Positions 9,416 through 16,877 of a DNA stretch of 32,000 nt are shown here, piece after piece; within the stretch, counting starts at the first letter, position 1, and each line of letters opens with the position of its first letter. The notes below the pieces were generated by a model that did not search any database, was not told the origin of the DNA, and saw only the letters and a program-made list of their open reading frames with translations. The stretch covers positions 1-32,000 of the forward strand of contig CALGKJ010000043.1 in assembly GCA_937930535.1 (NCBI GenBank), in the 5' to 3' direction. The position numbers and the translations under genes were made by a program. The DNA is from an uncultured Clostridia bacterium (GTDB lineage: Bacteria; Bacillota; Clostridia; Lutisporales; Lutisporaceae).

Positions 9416-10462
9416 TTAGGTGATAATACTTGCAGCGAGGGCTTTTTTCCAAAATAATAAATTCCTAATATCTAAAATATCGTAGTCTTCCTCTAAAGCG
9501 ATATAGCTGTCTTCATCAAGGCCCTCGATGCATTTTTCCAGTTTTTCTAAACTTTCTAGTAGACTTCTCATATTCTTGGTATTATCCCACAATATGCTCC
9601 TATCTTCATCAATATATCCGCTTGCTCTAGCTGCTTCTATCTCGCGTTTATATGCATAATATTCTACTTCTAGATTGTGGTTAGTGAAATCATTAAATAC
9701 AAAGGTCACTATAACCGAATCAAATTTATTGAGCATATTACTTACTTCTTTTGTGATAGCTTCAAATTCATCTACCTTCGAGAGTAAGCCTACTTCCTTC
9801 TTGGAGATTTTTATATCTTCTGCATCTCTTTTACCCTCTAATACCTTAATATAATTTGTCATTTTTTCATTCTCTTCAAGCAACGTATCATTAACTAGTG
9901 TTAACTCATTCAATTCTTCCTCTAGTTTCATTATTGTATCTTTACTAATAGGCTCTGGAAATGGATTATTCACCAGAAAATTATCAACAAATTTTAGAAA
10001 TTTCCTTTTCTGGGTAGTCCATCTGGCTTGCGCAGGTTTATCTACATCAGTAAATTTACTTGTTAGTGAGTCATAAATATTATCTAAACCAATAGAAGAA
10101 TTTAACTTCTCCACTTGTTTAACTTCAGCTAAAACTCCTACAGTTCTGAAATTAATAGGCTCGATTAGCATTGGAATAACGGTGGCATCCGTTGCCCAGG
10201 AAGCACCCATTTCATTCATACAAATCTCACTCGACTTATAGTTAGAAGTTATAATTAAAATAATAACCTCTACGGTCAAGAGTCCTTCCCTTAGGAATTT
10301 ACGCCAGTCAACTCCAGACTCGATACCCATTCCTTCGCCTGAAGTATAAAGTATTTGGTTATGATGATATCCTAAACCGCCAATCAAAATCTCATTCACA
10401 AAAGCATCGACTATTTCTTTATCAGCCGAGGAATGACTTACAAAAACTCTTTTTTTTGTCAT
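9416..10462 (-). CDS. TIR-domain protein with a long helical/coiled-coil C-terminal region
   Basis: N-terminus KRVFVSHSSADKEIVDAFV... then ITSNYKSSEICMNEMGASW, which is the TIR SxxCxxE block holding the putative catalytic Glu. Residues ~170-348 are E/K/L-rich and helical. GGAGG SD upstream. Confidence 0.75.
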   Translation of the reverse strand: MTKKRVFVSHSSADKEIVDAFVNEILIGGLGYHHNQILYTSGEGMGIESGVDWRKFLREGLLTVEVIILIITSNYKSSEICMNEMGASWATDATVIPMLIEPINFRTVGVLAEVKQVEKLNSSIGLDNIYDSLTSKFTDVDKPAQARWTTQKRKFLKFVDNFLVNNPFPEPISKDTIMKLEEELNELTLVNDTLLEENEKMTNYIKVLEGKRDAEDIKISKKEVGLLSKVDEFEAITKEVSNMLNKFDSVIVTFVFNDFTNHNLEVEYYAYKREIEAARASGYIDEDRSILWDNTKNMRSLLESLEKLEKCIEGLDEDSYIALEEDYDILDIRNLLFWKKALAASIIT

Positions 10463-10534
10463 TTGATTAACCTCCGTTCCGATTAATATCTAAAAATTTT
10501 AATAATCTAGTCCTTCTCAAATAAATTGTATCTA

Positions 10535-10559
10535 TACCATTATTTCCGAGCTTCCCATT
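10535..10559. repeat. Half-site copies of the spacer motif (opposite orientation)
   Basis: ataccattatttccgagcttcccatt contains taccatta and cttcccatt, like the arms at 9294-9302 and 5446-5454. Confidence 0.4.
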
Positions 10560-10680
10560 GTAGACAAAACGCGTATGTTCAAAAGGAACATTACACCTCA
10601 AGTTCTAAAATTCTACATTTAACATTATAATTCCTTCTATAAGCCCCATAATTTTACACCAAATTTCGACATTAGCGCAA

Positions 10681-10731
10681 ATAAAAAAGCCGCAGATAGT
10701 TATGTGTTAATATCACATAACTATCTGCGGC
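10681..10731 (-). terminator. Rho-independent terminator of the recombinase operon
   Basis: Perfect 18-bp stem gccgcagatagttatgtg / cacataactatctgcggc with a 7-nt loop. On the minus strand it is followed by TTTTTTAT. Confidence 0.85.
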
Positions 10732-10768
10732 TCTCATTTATCATATAAATAAACTATAAATATTGCTA

Positions 10769-12355
10769 TCAAATATCCCAATCCATCTCCATACCATCCT
10801 TAAACACAAATGTCACCTTCTCCTTACTATGAACCACTACCTTATCAACAGTACCATTCCAAAGCTCCTCATCAAATTCAGTAATCACCCCATCCCTTTG
10901 CTCCAGTTCCTTAATAAAATCCAAAATCCTTTCGCCCTTAGCCCTTCTTTCTACCCTCTTATCCTCTATTTCCTCAAGTCCTCGCTGTATATTCTCATAT
11001 CTATCTTTTAAACTATTGTACCTTTCCTCATATTCAGCTTGGTCTAAAGCACTATTAGCATTTTCCTCCACACATTTTCTAAGCATTTCAGCAGCTATCA
11101 CCAATTCACTTTGAAGCCTAGTGCCTTCACTATCAAGCTTTGTAGTATCAGTCAAGGCTTCAATTATCTCATAATAACTTTTCAATATTTCTTCCTTATT
11201 ATTAATAAGACTATTGAACACTCCTACAAAGGCTTCCTTTATAGTATCCTCATATAAATGCGGTGTTGTACACTTTTTATCATTCTTAAACTTATCATTG
11301 CACTGCCATATTACCCTTCGGTATTTACTGTTAGAATGCCATGTCTTGCTACCGTAGAAGCTTCCGCATTCACCGCAGACTATGGTTCCTGAAAAGCAGC
11401 TGTTGATTCTCTTGCATCCCTTGATATTTTCCAACCTCTTTAGCTCATGCTGTACTAAATCAAATATTTCTGGACTAATTATTGCTTCATGGCTGTTTTC
11501 TATATAGTATTGAGGTATTTCTCCTTCATTTATTTTCTTTTTCTTAGTTAGAAAGTCAATTGTAAAGCTCTTTTGTAGTATAGCCGAGCCTTTGTATTTT
11601 TCATTCTGTAATATGCTTCTTATGGTACTAATGCTCCATTTCTTTTTTCCTGCTGGTGTTGGTATTCCTTCTTCTGTTAATAGCCTTGCTATTGCTGATG
11701 GTGTCTTTCCTTCAAGGAACAGTCTATATATCGTCCTTACTACCTTTGCTTCCTTTTCTACTAATTTAGGCAGGTCATCTTCTCCCTTTTCAAAGCCTAA
11801 AAAGTGCTTATAGGGAAGGCTTACCTTTTCATCAGCGAATCTCTTTCTCATTCCCCAAGTAACATTCTCGCTTATTGACCTTGATTCTTCTTGTGCAAGG
11901 CTTGACATTATTGTGATAAGTAACTCTCCTTTGCTGTCAAGGGTATAAATATTTTCTTTTTCAAAGTATACTTCTACCCCTTTTTCTTTTAGTTGACGAA
12001 CTATCATCAGGGTATCTACGGTATTCCTAGCAAAGCGACTGACCGATTTTGTTATTATTAAATCAATTTTACCTGCTAGTGCATCAGCTATCATTCTGTT
12101 AAAGCCTTCTCTTTTTTTAGTGCTTGTTGCGGAAATTCCTTCATCATAATATACTTCAATAAAAGTCCATGCAGGATTTGCTTTAATATGTCTTGTATAG
12201 TGGTCTACTTGTGCTTCAAAGCTTGACAGCTGTTCTTCATTATCGGTGGAAACCCGTGCGTATGCGGCTACTTTCTTTGTTGGTGCTATTGTTGGTATTG
12301 CTTCTATTCTTCTAGCTGTCGGCTGTATTACTGTTACTGCTCTTGCTGTGCTCAA
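10769..12355 (-). CDS. Large serine recombinase (second of a tandem pair)
   Basis: Resolvase catalytic N-domain VAAYARVSTDNEEQLSSFEAQ...ITKSVSRFARN. Recombinase domain and Cys-rich zinc ribbon (CGECGSFYG...WQCN...C). TTG start at 12355 with GGGAGGAG SD. Overlaps the upstream recombinase by 44 nt. Confidence 0.9.
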   Translation of the reverse strand: MSTARAVTVIQPTARRIEAIPTIAPTKKVAAYARVSTDNEEQLSSFEAQVDHYTRHIKANPAWTFIEVYYDEGISATSTKKREGFNRMIADALAGKIDLIITKSVSRFARNTVDTLMIVRQLKEKGVEVYFEKENIYTLDSKGELLITIMSSLAQEESRSISENVTWGMRKRFADEKVSLPYKHFLGFEKGEDDLPKLVEKEAKVVRTIYRLFLEGKTPSAIARLLTEEGIPTPAGKKKWSISTIRSILQNEKYKGSAILQKSFTIDFLTKKKKINEGEIPQYYIENSHEAIISPEIFDLVQHELKRLENIKGCKRINSCFSGTIVCGECGSFYGSKTWHSNSKYRRVIWQCNDKFKNDKKCTTPHLYEDTIKEAFVGVFNSLINNKEEILKSYYEIIEALTDTTKLDSEGTRLQSELVIAAEMLRKCVEENANSALDQAEYEERYNSLKDRYENIQRGLEEIEDKRVERRAKGERILDFIKELEQRDGVITEFDEELWNGTVDKVVVHSKEKVTFVFKDGMEMDWDI

Positions 12356-13661
12356 TGTGACTCCTCCCTTCTAAATACTTCAATTGTCTTTCTCTAGCCT
12401 TCTGTCTTGCTTCCTCACTCCAGCTTTCACTTCTTGATTTATATTCCCATTGTTTTTGTATGGCTTGTCCGTTGTTAAGAATAAATATAAGTGTGTTATC
12501 GTTAGGCACTTGTATTTCCTTTATTTTCTTTTCAAATACAGCTTCATCAAATTCATTAAGCTCTAGTATTTCGGTGCTTAGTGATATTAATATGTCTTCT
12601 GGTATCTGCTTTGAGGGACAACTGCTCTTTCCATATTTCCAATAGGTCGAACAAATCCATAAGGCTTTATTGTTCTTGACCTTATGCTTATATTTTTTTC
12701 CGCATATTCCGCAGATTATTTTGCTTGTAAAAGGGTATTTTATTTTTTCTTTTTTACCTGAGTATTTTTCACTATTTCTACTCATTATTTCTTTTGCTTT
12801 TTGAAAGGTTTCTTCATCTATTATTGCAGGATGTGTTCCTTCTGCATAATACATAGGAAGATTTCCTTTATAAAATACTAAGCTTTTGGTTAGGTGGTCT
12901 TTTACGTATTTTTTCTGTAGAAGGGCGTTTCCAGCGTATTTCTCATTTTTAATAATGTCTCCTACTCTTTCTCCGTTCCATATACCGCCTCTGAGTTTTG
13001 GTATGTTCATAGATCTCAGCTTATTGGCTATTAGTGTAGTTCCCATTCCTTCTATGTAGTCCTTAAATATCATGCGGACTATTTGTGCTTCATCTTCTTG
13101 TATTTGGATTATTCCCTTTTTGATTCTATATCCATACATAAATCTAAGATTAACAAGCTCTCCTTCTGCAAAGCCCTTTCTTATTCGCCATTTACAGTTT
13201 TCACTTACTGAGCGGCTTTCTTCTTGAGCAAAAGAAGCGAGGATAGTAAGCATAAGCTCGCCATCCCCGCTAATACTGTGAATATTCTCTTGTTCAAAAT
13301 ACACATCTATATTTAGACTCTTAAGCTCTCTTACTACCTCAAGCATAGTTAAGGTATTTCTTGAAAGTCTAGATATTGATTTTGTTATTATCATATCTAT
13401 TTTACCATTTCTGCAATCATTAATCAGTCTTTGAAATTCTGGTCTGTGTTCCTTTGTTCCAGTCAGTGCTTCATCTGCATATACACCTTTATATTCCCAG
13501 CCTCTTTGATTTTGTATTAGTTCGCTGTAGTAGCTGATTTGTGCTGAAAGAGAATGAAGCATTGCATCCTTGCCGCTAGATACCCTGCAGTATGCGGCTA
13601 CTCGCTTTCTTGTGGGTATTTTCGGTATCAAAGGCTCTATTTTCTGAACTATTCTATGCAT
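12312..13661 (-). CDS. Large serine recombinase (first of a tandem pair)
   Basis: VAAYCRVSSGKDAMLHSLSAQ...ITKSISRLSRN catalytic domain. Recombinase domain and zinc ribbon (CGICGKKYK...WICS...C). SD AAGGGGGA upstream. Confidence 0.9.
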   Translation of the reverse strand: MHRIVQKIEPLIPKIPTRKRVAAYCRVSSGKDAMLHSLSAQISYYSELIQNQRGWEYKGVYADEALTGTKEHRPEFQRLINDCRNGKIDMIITKSISRLSRNTLTMLEVVRELKSLNIDVYFEQENIHSISGDGELMLTILASFAQEESRSVSENCKWRIRKGFAEGELVNLRFMYGYRIKKGIIQIQEDEAQIVRMIFKDYIEGMGTTLIANKLRSMNIPKLRGGIWNGERVGDIIKNEKYAGNALLQKKYVKDHLTKSLVFYKGNLPMYYAEGTHPAIIDEETFQKAKEIMSRNSEKYSGKKEKIKYPFTSKIICGICGKKYKHKVKNNKALWICSTYWKYGKSSCPSKQIPEDILISLSTEILELNEFDEAVFEKKIKEIQVPNDNTLIFILNNGQAIQKQWEYKSRSESWSEEARQKARERQLKYLEGRSHIEHSKSSNSNTADS

Positions 13662-13725
13662 GGTATTTCCCCCTTTCAGCTACCTATATTAGCTCTGATA
13701 TTGATACAAAGCAAGTTAATATATG

Positions 13726-13881
13726 CTATAAGCTTCCTATAATAGGCTTATATTTTGATATCAGCATTTTATTTATTTTGTTGTATTCCTGCTCTGTTAT
13801 GAGCTTTTTTATTAGCATTGATTTTGCTATAGCAAGTGATACTCTATAGCTTCTTTCACCTTCAAATTGTTTACTGATCAT
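13726..13881 (-). CDS. 51-aa recombinase-associated small protein (not in the ORF track)
   Basis: MISKQFEGERSYRVSLAIAKSMLIKKLITEQEYNKINKMLISKYKPIIGSL*, with GGGAGAG SD. Its ATG (13879-13881) overlaps the ancestral stop of the upstream gene (ATGATCAGTAA). Short LITxxEYxxI...KY proteins are, from memory, common upstream of clostridial serine recombinases. Confidence 0.5.
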   Translation of the reverse strand: MISKQFEGERSYRVSLAIAKSMLIKKLITEQEYNKINKMLISKYKPIIGSL

Positions 13882-14311
13882 TAGAATCTCTCCCTTTTGT
13901 AAATCTCATAGCTATGTAACAGCTATGGCTGCAAAATCTTCTATTTTTATTGCCCTAGCTTTCAAATGTCCTTTTGCACATATTGCAGGTTAATGTGTAA
14001 TATGCCTTCTTGGATAATTTATCTTCATTGGACTTCCACCATTTACGTCTGCATTCATCAGTGCAGAATTTTTTACGCTGTCCTTTTTTGTTCTGCCCTA
14101 TTGGCTTTTCACATTGCTTGCAGGTTGTATGTATTTGTTTATCTTTATTTGATTTGTCAATTTCGGCAGTTGTGGTTTGAATACTAAGGTTATTTCTTCT
14201 GCAATAGGACTTTATGGTATTTTCAGAAATATTGAGTGTTGATGCTATCTGCTTATAGCTTTGACCATCCTGCCTCATTTGGTGTATTTTATTCTTTTGT
14301 TCATTAGTCAC
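13871..14311 (-). pseudogene. Sigma-70 region-4 HTH / zinc-ribbon protein, interrupted by an in-frame TAG at 13955-13957
   Basis: N-terminal HTH QSYKQIASTLNISENTIKSYCRRN, then CKQCEK...KKFCTDECRRKWW...CNMCKRTFES*. Read-through continues in frame as GNKNRRFCSHSCYIAMRFTKGRDSNDQ*, a second xFCSxxCY unit. It ends in an ATGA-type overlap with the next ORF. Confidence 0.65.
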
Positions 14312-14398
14312 TTGTTTCGCCTCCTTAAATTTATGGCTTGTTCTTTGCTTCTATATAATTGCTGTTTCTTCTGAATTAATTTCACTTTGATTTGAGGG

Positions 14399-14435
14399 TA
14401 AAATAAAAACCACCCAACCGTTATTAGTTGAGTGG
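14399..14435 (-). terminator. Rho-independent terminator downstream of the symE-like gene
   Basis: The minus strand reads ccactcaac-taataac-gttgggtgg (one G-U pair), followed by TTTTTATTTT. Confidence 0.7.
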
Positions 14436-14573
14436 CTGATTGATGCTGCCTTATATAGAGCATCTTAGCTGTTCAGCTTTTATATATAAACCCTATTGGT
14501 GTTGCCATAGGGATTGTGTCAATTTTAGGAGTAGCAAAAGGAGGTCGGATACATATACCCTGACCTCCTTTTG

Positions 14574-14846
14574 CTATTCTTCTTTTACATTTTCTTCTGC
14601 GATCTTTTGTACTGCTTTATGCTGTATTGTTTTCTCTTGATGTTGATTTACTCCTTTTTCCTTACCCAATATTGATATAGTCAGATGTCCATGACTCTGC
14701 TCCACGACTACCTTCTGCCCTATTCTAAAGCCTAGCTTTCCCAGCCATTTACCATGAAGTCTGATGGTTGGTGCTTCTTGATAAAGATATGTTGACTGAC
14801 CTGTTACTGATAGTATACGTATATCCTTTTCTTCATTAATACTCAT
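14574..14846 (-). CDS. SymE-like (AbrB/SpoVT-fold) type I toxin family protein
   Basis: PTIRLHGKWLGKLGFRIGQKVVVEQSHGHLTI matches the SymE/SpoVT-AbrB swapped-hairpin pattern. SD GAAAGGAGA upstream. A 13-bp hairpin (14534-14574) follows the stop directly. Confidence 0.65.
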   Translation of the reverse strand: MSINEEKDIRILSVTGQSTYLYQEAPTIRLHGKWLGKLGFRIGQKVVVEQSHGHLTISILGKEKGVNQHQEKTIQHKAVQKIAEENVKEE

Positions 14847-14856
14847 AGTACAAATC

Positions 14857-14881
14857 TCCTTTCAAAATTGTGTTGAAAGGA
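14857..14881 (-). promoter_or_regulatory. 5'-UTR hairpin sequestering the symE-like Shine-Dalgarno
   Basis: tcctttcaa (14857-14865) pairs perfectly with ttgaaagga (14873-14881). The minus-strand SD GAAAGGAGA (14855-14863) lies within one arm. Confidence 0.5.
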
Positions 14882-15147
14882 AATAAATAAGGCACACTGC
14901 AGAATTGATATAACCCTACACTGCGCCTTTTTGTATTATTGTTCATAATAGCAAATTAATATATAATAAATACTAGGTCGCTGTGACAGCTTTAATGCTG
15001 TCTGTGTTAGGTACTGTAACTACCTGCATAGGCTTTCGAGTGGTGGTACACTCGGAAGACATGGCGTCCTTATTTAATTTCCTTGTCTCATATTAACTCT
15101 GAAAGCCTTACTTTACAAGTCATATATCCAATCTATCGAGACTTTTT

Positions 15148-15600
15148 TTATCTTCTATCATTTAAAAAAGCTACCATCCTTTTAATAAGTGTAGCAGCAT
15201 ATTCTCCTAGAACTGTCTTTCCTTTTACAGCATTTTCATTCCAATATTCTGGTACATTTATTATTCCAAGCTTGTATAGTATATCTATGTCACTCCGTAT
15301 ATTTGTATTAGTTTCTTCAAATGATATATCAAAATATCGGAGTATTCCCTTTGCTATAGCTGTACCTATCAGCTCAATATTGGACATAATCCATTCAGCA
15401 TCCTCGGCACTATCGTGAAAAGCTACCTCCACTAAAACAGCAGGAGCATTTGTATAGGCTTGTCGAGCGTTTTAGCCCCATTGACTCCATCATATTTTGT
15501 CCAAGCTTCTTTGAACTTCCTCCAATAACCTCTTCAGGATTTCCAAGAATTAACCTATTAGCTTCACTTACTCCCTTGGGGCTGAAACTGTAGTTACAAA
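15148..15600 (-). pseudogene. Phage-type N-acetylmuramoyl-L-alanine amidase (endolysin), frameshifted remnant
   Basis: The intact 3' ORF begins inside the conserved block: the upstream in-frame text reads ARQAYTNAPAVLVEVAFHDSAEDAEWI, preceded by a stop. Further upstream, pieces (..GSSKKLGQNMMES..) lie in another frame, and there is no plausible intact start. Confidence 0.6.
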
Positions 15601-15821
15601 AGTAAATGGTAGCAACAGTTTTTTACTATTACTACCATTTTAACATTGATTTGAGGTTTATTCACCTACTCACTACAGAATTATAAATTATGCAGTCTTT
15701 CTTTTATTGGAAATAGTATAAAAATAGACCATTCTAGAAGCTAGTACATATTTATTTTTTATTGAAGTCAGTTGTACATTTTAATGTATTCAGTCACTCA
15801 TATTATTTATAATCTTATTTA

Positions 15822-16223
15822 CTAACTGTTTATAAACATAGAAGTAATATTAACCCATGTAACTTTTGTCGACAATAAAACCCCATCAGCAAATTCCATA
15901 AACAATCTTTGTACTGTTTCAATATTTAGAATTTGACTTGCTGGGATCTTCACAGATGCCCCTGATATTGAAAGAGTTCTTAAAACAATACCATCACTTT
16001 GTTGATACTCTGCTTTCCAATGAGTAAAGTCATTACTATTTATATATACCCTCACTTCAACAGTAAATTCTTCCGGTCCACCACCAACTTGAATATAGCT
16101 TTCTGTATCATTTTCAAGTATTATAAATGAATTATCAACGCCATCTAGTACACTTATCTCATCTAGTATTTGTTGTTTCGTTGGATTTATTGTTTTATAT
16201 CCACTTTCTGTTTTTAATATCAC
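15822..16223 (-). CDS. Small cytoplasmic protein, candidate second or orphan immunity protein
   Basis: 133-aa ORF 24 nt downstream of the preceding immunity-like gene, on the same strand as the toxin. No signal peptide and no recognisable catalytic motif. Confidence 0.45.
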   Translation of the reverse strand: MILKTESGYKTINPTKQQILDEISVLDGVDNSFIILENDTESYIQVGGGPEEFTVEVRVYINSNDFTHWKAEYQQSDGIVLRTLSISGASVKIPASQILNIETVQRLFMEFADGVLLSTKVTWVNITSMFINS

Positions 16224-16247
16224 TGTACCACTCCTATTTTTACCTTA

Positions 16248-16856
16248 TTATTCTGCTAATCTTTTTAATGCTTGATTTAGTACCTCTACAGAAGGTTTTC
16301 CATGTTCCCAGTTCTCTAGTACTTGTTTAGCTTTTTCAGTTTCTCCGCTAGACCAATAAGCAGCCGCCATTTTCCACTTATAGCTGTTACCGTTTAACAT
16401 TAACCTTAAATCGTGATTTTCAAAACCATCTTTTACTCGTTGTATTGATGAGAATTGCTGCCAAAATGGATATGCATACTCATTTAAATATTTTGAAATT
16501 TGTTCACTTAAAGAATTTATGTCTGTTTCTGCATTCAAAAACCATTCAGCAAAGTCTCTTTCTTTTTTTAGGTTTCCAACATTTATAGAAACAGTTGGCC
16601 AGTCTTTCCTTGGTTTCTCACCCTTCAGTTCAGCCGTAAGTTTTTCTAACTGGTCAAATGTAAATGCTACAAATATTTGAATATATCCTGCCTCTTGCCC
16701 GTTAATTTTCCTAAACAGTACATTTACTTCTTGCTTACACTCTCCTACTTTTCTAATAAATGTATTCTTTCCTTTTAGAATAAAACCTTCCTTCTGAAGA
16801 ATATTTCCAAGTCCATCAACAATGAATACATTTAGTATACTATTAATATTAATCAT
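16248..16856 (-). CDS. Candidate cognate immunity protein (DUF4304-like N-terminus?)
   Basis: 202-aa ORF starting 21 nt after the toxin stop codon. The N-terminal ...LGNILQKEGFILKGKNTFIRKVGE...VNVLF pattern resembles DUF4304-type immunity proteins, from memory. Confidence 0.5.
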   Translation of the reverse strand: MININSILNVFIVDGLGNILQKEGFILKGKNTFIRKVGECKQEVNVLFRKINGQEAGYIQIFVAFTFDQLEKLTAELKGEKPRKDWPTVSINVGNLKKERDFAEWFLNAETDINSLSEQISKYLNEYAYPFWQQFSSIQRVKDGFENHDLRLMLNGNSYKWKMAAAYWSSGETEKAKQVLENWEHGKPSVEVLNQALKRLAE

Positions 16857-16877
16857 TACTACATATCACCTCTAATC

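Noticed and set aside
14940-15060. GC-richer stretch with several short hairpins (cgagtg..cactcg, ggta..tacc) between the amidase remnant and symE. I considered a riboswitch, tRNA-like element or attP.
   Set aside because: I could not fit it to any RNA family or cloverleaf by eye. It would need a covariance-model scan (Rfam) to support anything.
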